Source: Lentisphaerota bacterium (GTDB taxonomy: Bacteria; Verrucomicrobiota; Kiritimatiellia; UBA8416; JAQBFJ01). From it: a DNA stretch of 64,000 nt. The stretch covers positions 1,807 to 65,806 of the forward strand of contig JBFZFB010000166.1 of NCBI GenBank assembly GCA_041306605.1. The letters are read 5' to 3'. Shown here piece after piece: positions 55,354 through 64,000 of this stretch; the first letter of the stretch is position 1, and the number at the start of each line of letters is the position of its first letter. A program made the translations under genes and the position numbers. Below the pieces are notes generated by a model. The model worked only from the letters and a program-made list of their open reading frames with translations. It ran no database searches and was not told where the DNA came from.

Positions 55354-56988
55354 TCACATGCTTGTAACCTGAATCACCTCTTCGGGAGTGGTCTGTCCTT
55401 TTTCCACTTTTTCCCATCCGTCAGCAGAAAGAGTTTTAAAGCCCAACAAATCCGCTTTTTCCCTGATATTGCCGGCAGACGCTTTTTGAAGTATCAAGTC
55501 CTGAATTTCAGATGTCATCGGCAGAAATTCGCTGATAGCTATCCGTCCGTGATAACCGCTGTTATTGCACGACTTGCAGCCGCTTCCCTTGTACGCTTTT
55601 TTGCCGTTAAAATTAGTTTCTTTTCTGCAGTCACTGCAAATAACACGCACCAGCCGCTGGGCTGTAAACACAATGACCGTTGATGTAATGCGGTATGGAT
55701 CTATGCCCATATCCACAAGACGGACGGCACCGCCGGCGGAATCGTTTGTATGCAGGGTGCTGAATACGAGATGTCCGGTCATCGCCGCCTGTGTCGCTAT
55801 CTCGGCGGTTTCCTTGTCTCTGACCTCGCCGATCATCATCACATCGGGATCGTGTCTCAGCATACTTCGGAGCGCGCTGGCGAAAGTGAGGCCTATTGGG
55901 GGATTTATCTGTGTTTGCGTAATACCCTTCAATTCATATTCGACAGGGTCTTCTATGGTAATTATCTTGCGGTCACGGGTGTTCAACTCGCTTAAACACG
56001 CGTACAGAGTTGTGCTTTTGCCGCTTCCTGTCGGACCTGTAACAAATATGATCCCGAAAGGCCGGGCAATATATTTATGCCAATTATCAAGTTGTTCCCG
56101 GGAGAACCCGAGATCACTCAAATTAAACAGCATTGCGGACGGCAATATTCTTACGACTATGTCTTCCCCGTGCATGGAAGGAACAACCGATATGCGCAGA
56201 TCGTATTCCTTGCGACCGATACTGACTCTTGCCCTTCCGTCCTGCGGCAGTCTTCTCTCCACGATATTCAACCTTGACATCAGTTTGACGCGTGAAACTA
56301 TTGCCGGATACAAGAGCTTCATATCCTTCGGCACCTTTGTATCGTAAAGTTCTCCGTCTATCCTGCGGCGCACAGAAATTCCGTCCCGGCAAACCTCAAA
56401 ATGGATATCCGTGGCACGGTCATTGATGGCCTCCTGAAACAGCTGGTTAACCAGCCGTACAACCGAGGCGTCTTCTGCCATTTTTCCGAGATCATAAGAT
56501 TCTTCCTGTGTCGATGAATCACCGTGATCCTGTGATTCCGAAAGCAGTTTTTCAACGGTATCCGCGCCGACGCCGTAATACTTGCGCAATGCCTCCATGA
56601 TATCAGCACGGCAAGCCAGAACCCGCTCCACGCGAAAACCCAGATTGGTTTCTATATCTTCAACAGCCGACACATCGCCGGGATTCGAAACCGCTATCGT
56701 AAGCACCCCCGCCTCCAGCTTGAACGGCATCACCGCGTAATGCGAAGCTACTTTTGCCGAAACATTTTTCACCGCTGATTCATCAACAGACAGTTCTCCG
56801 GGCCTGATAAACTCCAGCCCCTGCTGTTCCGCCAGTATTTCAAGAACTGTTTCTTCAGCGGCAAAATTATTATCAACCAGCACAGTGAAGAAAGGCTTTC
56901 CCGTCTGCCGGGCTATTTCCTGCGCTCTTTCGATCTTTTCAGGAGATACCAGTTTTTTTTCAAGCAATATGTCTTTTAATTTGCGCAT
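55354..56988 (-). CDS. gspE: Type II secretion ATPase GspE/PilB
   Basis: N-terminal GSPII_E_N-like region, Walker A GPTGSGKSTTLYA, Asp box, Walker B and a C-terminal tetracysteine motif (CSDC...CKSC). Confidence 0.9.
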   Translation of the reverse strand: MRKLKDILLEKKLVSPEKIERAQEIARQTGKPFFTVLVDNNFAAEETVLEILAEQQGLEFIRPGELSVDESAVKNVSAKVASHYAVMPFKLEAGVLTIAVSNPGDVSAVEDIETNLGFRVERVLACRADIMEALRKYYGVGADTVEKLLSESQDHGDSSTQEESYDLGKMAEDASVVRLVNQLFQEAINDRATDIHFEVCRDGISVRRRIDGELYDTKVPKDMKLLYPAIVSRVKLMSRLNIVERRLPQDGRARVSIGRKEYDLRISVVPSMHGEDIVVRILPSAMLFNLSDLGFSREQLDNWHKYIARPFGIIFVTGPTGSGKSTTLYACLSELNTRDRKIITIEDPVEYELKGITQTQINPPIGLTFASALRSMLRHDPDVMMIGEVRDKETAEIATQAAMTGHLVFSTLHTNDSAGGAVRLVDMGIDPYRITSTVIVFTAQRLVRVICSDCRKETNFNGKKAYKGSGCKSCNNSGYHGRIAISEFLPMTSEIQDLILQKASAGNIREKADLLGFKTLSADGWEKVEKGQTTPEEVIQVTSM

Positions 56989-57025
56989 TACTTCAAACTT
57001 TCCCTGCCTGCTGACGCCAGACTTT

Positions 57026-58456
<1,431 letters not shown>

Positions 58457-58481
58457 CTAAAACCAATCACCCACCCATGAA

Positions 58482-59408
58482 TCATGCCGCCTTTGCTTCT
58501 TGACGTTGTTTCTTTTTTCTTTTCTTTTCCTTGATTCCCTTGGCGGCAAAACATTCCCGCATTCCCTTGTCAATCCGTTCGCGTACCGCCTTAAAAACTT
58601 TGTGTTTTACCTTGTTGTATTCCTTCTGCAACGTCTGAACACTTCCTTCAAGATGCATGGCGCGCGCTGAAAATTCCGCCAGCTTGCTGTCTTCAAACAC
58701 TTCAAAAAGTTTCGAGGTCACCCATACACCGGCAAGATATTCCAGCATGTCGGAAAACGAAGATTCAATAACCACCTTTCGCGCTTCCGCGAGCACGCCT
58801 TTTTCATGTATTCTTTTTGACACTTCACTTTCAGCATCGAGATCAAACAGCTCTGCGCACGGAAGAATATTTATCATCTCCACCGTCTGGCTGGAAAAAG
58901 ACAACGCCTTGGGATGAACAATCACAACTTTTCCCATTCTTTTGGCCATTACTTCCTGCACAATATAATTTTTGACCTCAACCGCCTGCTCGTAAATGGT
59001 TTCTTTTTCCACACCGCGAAAGAATTTAAAATCCCGGCCCTTATCAGACATTGACCCGGCTCCCTTATCACCAATAACCACAAGCGCTATCTTATTGTCG
59101 GGCAAATCACCCTGAACCCTAAGCCCCACCTCTATAACCTGCTTATTCAAACCACCCATAAAACCGCCATCTGATGTGATAATAACCATACCCATAACAT
59201 CAGTTACAACTTTAACCAGCGGGTCCGCGACATTTACAAGATTCACCACCCGGAAAAATCCCGAAAATGCATGCATAAATTCATCAAACCGTTCCTTTTG
59301 TTTCTCCATGGTATGATACTGCTGGCCCGCGAGATCTTTCAGCATCTCTATAAGCCCCAGCAGATCACCGTTGAACTGCAGCTCCTTTTTCAGTTCATTC
59401 AACTGCAT
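58482..59408 (-). CDS. atpG: F1 ATP synthase gamma subunit (divergent)
   Basis: 308 aa between the b/delta and beta genes, helical N- and C-termini with a central Rossmann-like part. Assignment mainly by position and size, plus weak N-terminal similarity. Confidence 0.5.
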   Translation of the reverse strand: MQLNELKKELQFNGDLLGLIEMLKDLAGQQYHTMEKQKERFDEFMHAFSGFFRVVNLVNVADPLVKVVTDVMGMVIITSDGGFMGGLNKQVIEVGLRVQGDLPDNKIALVVIGDKGAGSMSDKGRDFKFFRGVEKETIYEQAVEVKNYIVQEVMAKRMGKVVIVHPKALSFSSQTVEMINILPCAELFDLDAESEVSKRIHEKGVLAEARKVVIESSFSDMLEYLAGVWVTSKLFEVFEDSKLAEFSARAMHLEGSVQTLQKEYNKVKHKVFKAVRERIDKGMRECFAAKGIKEKKRKKKQRQEAKAA

Positions 59409-59453
59409 ATTTCACCTTTTCCATGACGATAAAAAACTTCAACATACGGCCGG

Positions 59454-60200
59454 TCAAGCATGCGCCGTTTTCTTGACCTCCACAACCGCTTCCTTAAAGC
59501 GGCTGGCCAAACTTCCATCTATCTCCAAACTTCCAAGTTTAAAGGACAAACCACCTATAAGGTCTTCCTGCACCTTTTCCTGTATCTTGATCTGCGCCCC
59601 GAATTTCTCGGTAATCAGTTTCTCTAATTGTTCTTTCTGCCCGGGATCCAAAGGATGACTCGATGTAAATGAAGCATCTTGCGCATCAACCGTAATGCTT
59701 CCGGCATCCATCTCGGCAAGAGCATCTATCAGCTCCTGAATGAAGTGCTTGTTCAACTCCTGTGTCATTTTTTCAGAAAAAACCTGCCTGAAAATTTCCG
59801 CGCCGTAATCAACGGCCTTTTCTTCCATATCCTGCAATATCTGCTGACGGAATTTTTCTTCATTCTTTCTGGCGGACGCAATAATGCGATCTCCCTCTTC
59901 TTTCGCTGTGGCCATCGTTTTTTCCCTCATGAGGGTTACTTCCTTTTCCGACTCCACCCTCTTTTTCTCAAGGGCTTCTTCCGCTTCCGCCTTCTTTCTG
60001 GTGAAATCCTTTTCGTGCTCTTCTATCTCTTTCTTGATACCCTCTTCACGCTTCCTTACCTCAGCCTCAACCTGTTTTACCCTGCTGATCGCCCGTTTCG
60101 TATCGTTTATCAACGCCTTTTTAACTACGAATAAGACAATGCCGAGAACACATCCACACACCAGTATAATCGGCAGTACTATTTTTATTATTTCCTGCAT
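59454..60200 (-). CDS. Compact b/delta hybrid peripheral-stalk subunit (N-terminal TM and coiled coil of subunit b, C-terminal domain of delta/OSCP)
   Basis: 248 aa. TM LPIILVCGCVLGIVLFVV, then a long charged coiled coil, then ELIDALAEMDAGSITVDAQDA...LIGGLSFKLGSLEIDGSLASRFKEAV, which resembles the delta C-terminal domain (LIGG..V.IGD.V.DGS). Confidence 0.5.
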   Translation of the reverse strand: MQEIIKIVLPIILVCGCVLGIVLFVVKKALINDTKRAISRVKQVEAEVRKREEGIKKEIEEHEKDFTRKKAEAEEALEKKRVESEKEVTLMREKTMATAKEEGDRIIASARKNEEKFRQQILQDMEEKAVDYGAEIFRQVFSEKMTQELNKHFIQELIDALAEMDAGSITVDAQDASFTSSHPLDPGQKEQLEKLITEKFGAQIKIQEKVQEDLIGGLSFKLGSLEIDGSLASRFKEAVVEVKKTAHA

Positions 60201-60259
60201 ATCTCTCCCCTTCCGGTCAATCCTGAACTCTTCTCAAATTCATAATTCACACATTTATT

Positions 60260-60475
60260 TTATCCGCGACCAAACAACTGAAATAATATCAACAACGCTA
60301 TAATCCCTATTGACTCCGCAAAAACAAGCGCGACTATCATTGCCTGAAGTATCTTCGGCGCCGCAGAAGGATTCCGACCCAAAGCGCGAATACTCGCGTA
60401 ACCGATTGCCGCGATTACCGCCGACGGACCAATGATCGTAACAAACATCACCAGAAATATTATGAAACCTTCCAA
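60260..60475 (-). CDS. atpE: F0 ATP synthase c subunit (apparent TTG start)
   Basis: 71 aa hairpin of two TM helices with the conserved carboxylate in ...VALVFAESIGIIALLILF and a polar loop RALGRNPSAAP. Starts at TTG 60475, 3 nt after the epsilon stop. Confidence 0.7.
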   Translation of the reverse strand: MEGFIIFLVMFVTIIGPSAVIAAIGYASIRALGRNPSAAPKILQAMIVALVFAESIGIIALLILFQLFGRG

Positions 60476-60478
60476 TGT

Positions 60479-60706
60479 TCATTCCTCAATAAGAATCATG
60501 CATTCATTCTTGTCAAATTTAACCATCCCGTGCTTGATAGGTATGGACACTTTCCAGTCAACTTTAACATGACCGGGTTTCAACAAACTTACTATCGGCA
60601 CATGATTATCCATAATTTCAAATTCGGCCATATCACCGGGCAAAAAAACACTTTTTGCTTCTCCTTCGTATACAACATGCTTGGGGTTAAGAATCGTTAC
60701 TTTAAT
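60479..60706 (-). CDS. atpC: F1 ATP synthase epsilon subunit, beta-sandwich domain only (~75 aa), apparent ATT start
   Basis: Not in the ORF track because no ATG is in frame. Reverse translation IKVTILNPKHVVYEGEAKSVFLPGDMAEFEIMDNHVPIVSLLKPGHVKVDWKVSIPIKHGMVKFDKNECMILIEE* matches the epsilon N-terminal domain pattern (V.SPE...Y.G.V..V..PG..GEFGIL.GH.P.L..L..G.V). An AGGAGA RBS is 7 nt upstream of ATT at 60704-60706, and an in-frame TGA lies immediately upstream. The C-terminal helical hairpin is absent. Confidence 0.55.
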   Translation of the reverse strand: MKVTILNPKHVVYEGEAKSVFLPGDMAEFEIMDNHVPIVSLLKPGHVKVDWKVSIPIKHGMVKFDKNECMILIEE

Positions 60707-60720
60707 ATCTCAATCTCCTG

Positions 60721-62205
60721 TTATTTCAAGCCTTTCTCCGCAAAATAAGCCTTTATCGCTTTATCTATACTGTCAGCCACATCCGGCGTAAACTCGGTAC
60801 TGACATTAATTTTATCGATTAAAGTTTTATCATATCCAGAGGCAAATGAAAAAATTTCCTTAAAGAAACGGATCTGCTGATCGTTCGGAACACCCATAAG
60901 CACACCTTTGTCCACCGCGTAAAGCAGGACGACTTCTTCCGCCAGAGACACAGGCACATTCTCTGCCTGTTGAAACATCCTCTTTATTATTTCGCCCTTC
61001 CGCACGACCTTTTCAGCCTCACCGGAAATACCTGTTGAAAGCTTGCTCAATTTAGCCACTTCCGAATAACGCGCGTAATCGGAACGGAGACTTCTCGACA
61101 AATCTTTAATGATTTTAGGTTGAGTACGCCCGCCGACAATCGACAGCGAAATGCCTACATCTATGGCCGGCCGGGCGCCTTCGGCAAATATCACACTGCT
61201 CAAACAAATCTGACCGTCACACATGGAAGACAAATTGGAAGGAATGTATCCGGTAAGATCGTTCTGCAGTGTTTCCGCGATACCGAGAAATGTCATTGAA
61301 CCATTGCCGTGATGTTCGTTGAATTTACCGGCACGCTCCATAAGCTGGGTATGCAGCCAGAATATATCGCCGGGATATGCCTCCCTGCCCGGCGGACGTT
61401 CAAGCAGAAGAGATAACTGCCGGTACGCCCACGCGTGTTTTGTCAAATCATCAAAAACAATCAGAACATCCTTGCCTTTTGACGCGAAAAAATCACCGAT
61501 CGAAGCCGCTGTAAACGGAACAATATACTGCTCGCCGACAGGTGCGTTATCAGTGGCCACAACCATGCATGTATAATCAAACGCGCCTACTCCTTGGAAC
61601 AATCCGGCAACTTTTTCCAGCGATGAAACAGATTTCCCGACACAACAATAGATACAAATAACATCCCGCCCTTTCTGGTTTAAAATAGTATCTATCGCCA
61701 CAGTCGTTTTGCCGGTCATACGGTCGCCAAGAATCAACTGCCTCTGCCCTTTTGAGATAGGAATAAGCATATCAACTATTTTAGTGCCTGTGGCCATTAC
61801 CTCTTTAATCGCCGCCCTGTGTGTTATCGGCGGCGCATCTCTAAAAACAGCCACATGATCTTCAGGCACAATCGGATCTCCGCTGTCGCACGGATCACCC
61901 ATGGCTGTTACCATGCGGCCAATCAGCGAATAACCTACCGGTATTTTAAAAGGCTCGCTTATCCCAATGACTTCCTTGCCCATTTTGAGCTTCGAGGGGT
62001 CACCCAGCGCCAAGGCCATAACCTCTTCTTCATCAAACCCCATGATAATGCCTTTGACACCGTCACCAACATCTACAATCTGGCCGTAAAGACATGTCGG
62101 CAAACCCTCAATACGGATGATGATTTCCTTTATGTCCTTGATTCTGCCCTTTTCCTGGACTTTTATTTTAAATAACGGAACGCGTGAACCGGGCAAGCTG
62201 CTCAT
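60721..62205 (-). CDS. atpA: F1 ATP synthase alpha subunit, paralog 2
   Basis: 494 aa, LILGDRMTGKTTVAIDTILNQKGRDVICIYCCVGKS... (alpha-type P-loop GDRxTGKT, not the beta GGAGVGKT), plus ...FDDLTKHAWAYRQLSLLLERPPGREAYPGDIFWLHTQLMERAG. Confidence 0.85.
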   Translation of the reverse strand: MSSLPGSRVPLFKIKVQEKGRIKDIKEIIIRIEGLPTCLYGQIVDVGDGVKGIIMGFDEEEVMALALGDPSKLKMGKEVIGISEPFKIPVGYSLIGRMVTAMGDPCDSGDPIVPEDHVAVFRDAPPITHRAAIKEVMATGTKIVDMLIPISKGQRQLILGDRMTGKTTVAIDTILNQKGRDVICIYCCVGKSVSSLEKVAGLFQGVGAFDYTCMVVATDNAPVGEQYIVPFTAASIGDFFASKGKDVLIVFDDLTKHAWAYRQLSLLLERPPGREAYPGDIFWLHTQLMERAGKFNEHHGNGSMTFLGIAETLQNDLTGYIPSNLSSMCDGQICLSSVIFAEGARPAIDVGISLSIVGGRTQPKIIKDLSRSLRSDYARYSEVAKLSKLSTGISGEAEKVVRKGEIIKRMFQQAENVPVSLAEEVVLLYAVDKGVLMGVPNDQQIRFFKEIFSFASGYDKTLIDKINVSTEFTPDVADSIDKAIKAYFAEKGLK

Positions 62206-63631
62206 TCAAGCCCTCCTTAGCACTATCTGACATTTTAGTGGTTTCCATTAACTCTTTAACCAAATCTGGACGGTTTTTCTTAACCTGATCGACAAAAGCC
62301 TGCAACATGCTTTTTACATTTACGGCATCCATGTTATCCAAAAAGCCCTGCTGACGGGCAAAAAGAATTATCACCTGATCTTCAAGCGGCACAGGGCGGT
62401 TTTCATCCTGTTTCAAAAGCTCCTCCAGACACTTGCCTTTCTTCAGCCGGCCTTCCACCTCCGCGGAAACACCAGCCTTTATACGCGTCATCTTCTCCAG
62501 TTCCTTATGCCTGATGTAATCCATCTTAACCATGCTTGCCTGTTTCTTCATGGCAGGCCACTGGACCTTGCTGCCAATACGTGAAACTGAAAGCCCCATG
62601 TCTATTGCCGGTTTGAAACCCGACCCGAACAGTGAGTTGCTCAAATATATCTGACCATCCGTCATCGAAATGATATTTGACGGAATGTATCCGGCAAAAT
62701 CACCTTCAAGCGTTTCCACTATGGGCATGTGCGTCATCGTCCCGCCACCACGTTCCATTTTTAACTTCCCGGCGCGCTCAACAAGCTGAGAATGTATATA
62801 GAAAATATCACCCGGATAAGCATCCCGGCCCGGCGCACGCTCGAGAAGCAGTGATATCTGCCTGTATGCCCACGCATGCTTCGTAAAATCATCAAAACCA
62901 AGAAAAACATGCCCCTTTTTCTCATACATAAAATATTCACCAAGACTGGCCGCAACGTACGGACACAAGTATTGCTGACCCATCGAATCAGCCGCGGTGG
63001 CGGCAACAATAATGCCGTAATCCCATATGTGATGTTTGTCAAAAATTTCTATCACCCTGTTAAGCGCGGCCTCCGACTTGCCTATACATACATATATACA
63101 TATAACATCACGCCCCTTCTGATTGATCATGGCGTCAAGAATAACCGTCGTTTTCCCCGTCATACGGTCACCCAGCAGCAACATTCTCTGCCCGCGACCA
63201 ACCGGCAGTGTCATGTCTATTATCTTTGTGCCTGTCTGAAAAACCTCCTTCAACGGTGTTCTTTCCAGAACTGACGGCGCCTTGTGAAAAATGGGATAAG
63301 TCATTGTTTCCTTTATCGCGCCGTTGCCGTCTATCGGCTCGGCTAAAGCGTTTACACGCCTTCCGATAAAAGCGTCTCCCACCGGAACTCTGAAATCATC
63401 AATCGTCGAAACCACTTCATCGCCCGGCTTGATGGCGCCATGCGACTGAACAACAAGAACAAGCACATAATCACCATCAAAACCGACAATCAACCCCTTG
63501 GAGTGCGATGCAATCTGAACCATTTGACCATTCATACAGTTGGTCAAACCTGTGACGTTGATAACATCCTGCCGGATTTCAGCCACAATACCATGTTCTT
63601 TGATTTGAAGAAAATTGATTTTTAAAGCCAT
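62168..63631 (-). CDS. atpA: F1 ATP synthase alpha subunit, paralog 1
   Basis: 487 aa, LLLGDRMTGKTTVILDAMINQKGRDVICIYVCIGKS...FDDFTKHAWAYRQISLLLERAPGRDAYPGDIFYIHSQLVERAG. Roughly half its residues are identical to paralog 2 by eye. The 3' end overlaps paralog 2 by 38 nt. Confidence 0.85.
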   Translation of the reverse strand: MALKINFLQIKEHGIVAEIRQDVINVTGLTNCMNGQMVQIASHSKGLIVGFDGDYVLVLVVQSHGAIKPGDEVVSTIDDFRVPVGDAFIGRRVNALAEPIDGNGAIKETMTYPIFHKAPSVLERTPLKEVFQTGTKIIDMTLPVGRGQRMLLLGDRMTGKTTVILDAMINQKGRDVICIYVCIGKSEAALNRVIEIFDKHHIWDYGIIVAATAADSMGQQYLCPYVAASLGEYFMYEKKGHVFLGFDDFTKHAWAYRQISLLLERAPGRDAYPGDIFYIHSQLVERAGKLKMERGGGTMTHMPIVETLEGDFAGYIPSNIISMTDGQIYLSNSLFGSGFKPAIDMGLSVSRIGSKVQWPAMKKQASMVKMDYIRHKELEKMTRIKAGVSAEVEGRLKKGKCLEELLKQDENRPVPLEDQVIILFARQQGFLDNMDAVNVKSMLQAFVDQVKKNRPDLVKELMETTKMSDSAKEGLNEQLARFTRSVI

Positions 63632-63682
63632 CTTTCCCCTCTTTCATGACACATCTTCATCCGATACGCCCGGACACAACTG

Positions 63683-64000
63683 TCATTTCGTGCCGGACTC
63701 GCCGGATCCTCCTCCGGAGGCGGCAAGAATCTCATCCTTTCCCTTGCCATACCACCTAAGGAAAAACAACAAACTCATAATCGCTAAAAACCCCAGAATA
63801 ACGTAGATTATCAACCATGTCGACTTCGGACTTGGCGCCTTGGCCTTAAATCCCAATTTTTGCCCTTCAATTGGCTTCAAAACGGCTTTTATCCGGTTGA
63901 TACGCTCTTCCACAAGATCTACTCGTTCTGCCTGTTTACGGTAGTACGCTACATACGCGGCATTCAGCGTTGTTGGCCCTTTTTCCGCCTCAAATTCATC
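63683..64000 (-). CDS. Hypothetical membrane-anchored protein, 3' part (ORF open to the window edge)
   Basis: The frame stays open upstream of the annotated Met to position 64000 (…DEFEAEKGPTTLNAAYVAYYRKQAERVDLVEERINRIKAV...). C-terminal TM WLIIYVILGFLAIMSLLFFL and a Gly/Ser tail. Confidence 0.4.
   Translation of the reverse strand, partial: DEFEAEKGPTTLNAAYVAYYRKQAERVDLVEERINRIKAVLKPIEGQKLGFKAKAPSPKSTWLIIYVILGFLAIMSLLFFLRWYGKGKDEILAASGGGSGESGTK

Noticed and set aside
60721-62205. Second alpha-like gene being a mis-called beta or a flagellar/T3SS ATPase
   Set aside because: Its P-loop is GDRMTGKT (alpha type), and it shares the alpha C-terminal pattern (…AYRQLSLLLERPPGREAYPGD…). A genuine beta with GGAGCGKT exists at 57026-58453. 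Gamma, epsilon, c and b/delta are F-type specific.
63683-63913. 76-aa ORF as a complete small gene (possible AtpI)
   Set aside because: The reading frame stays open upstream of the annotated Met to the window edge, so it is the 3' part of a longer gene. There is no similarity to AtpI or subunit a that I can see.

Overview
This 64 kb window looks like a glycan-degrading accessory locus (about 1 to 39.3 kb) joined to a housekeeping block (about 41.6 to 64 kb), probably from a PVC-superphylum bacterium (Verrucomicrobia/Lentisphaerae/Kiritimatiellaeota-like). All family assignments rest on reading motifs by eye in the translated ORFs. No searches were run, so family names are provisional.

The accessory locus carries:
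- a GH116-like beta-glucosidase with an AraC regulator, a GH78 alpha-L-rhamnosidase, a frameshifted GH106-like hydrolase and a GH95 alpha-L-fucosidase;
- two SGNH/DUF303 'sialate O-acetylesterase-like' esterases and an anaerobic sulfatase-maturating radical-SAM enzyme with no sulfatase in the window;
- a GT-A-like glycosyltransferase, a PHP-domain hydrolase and an M24 peptidase;
- five paralogs of a URO-D/MtaA-superfamily TIM-barrel protein interleaved with the CAZymes;
- a 1536-aa secreted protein made of three tandem ~300-aa modules plus five FG-GAP/Ca-binding repeats, and a neighbouring esterase carrying the same module, so the DNA holds ~1 kb near-identical tandem repeats.

Small cassettes and scars are scattered through it:
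- a BrnT/BrnA toxin-antitoxin pair bounded by ~75 bp direct repeats that encode diverged copies of an esterase C-terminus;
- an orphan MNT nucleotidyltransferase divergent from a small ORF with a nested TGACGTCA palindrome;
- a 125 bp duplication of the M24 peptidase 3' end creating a chimeric ORF;
- beside tRNA-Thr(CGT), a decayed defense islet (Cas3 HD fragment, DinD/Bro-N protein, DNA-methyltransferase N-terminal fragment) bounded by ~85 bp direct repeats.

The housekeeping block is holA, a 7TM-HD (PgpH-like) protein, ybeY, recO, a parvulin PPIase, ychF, a MORN-repeat protein and a T2SS/T4P-like operon (GspE/F/G, minor pseudopilins, PilM-PilN fusion). Immediately upstream on the same strand is an atypical F-type ATPase operon: two tandem alpha paralogs, a short epsilon with an apparent ATT start, a c subunit, a compact b/delta hybrid, gamma and beta, with no a subunit in the window. 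No CRISPR array, rRNA or intact transposase was seen.
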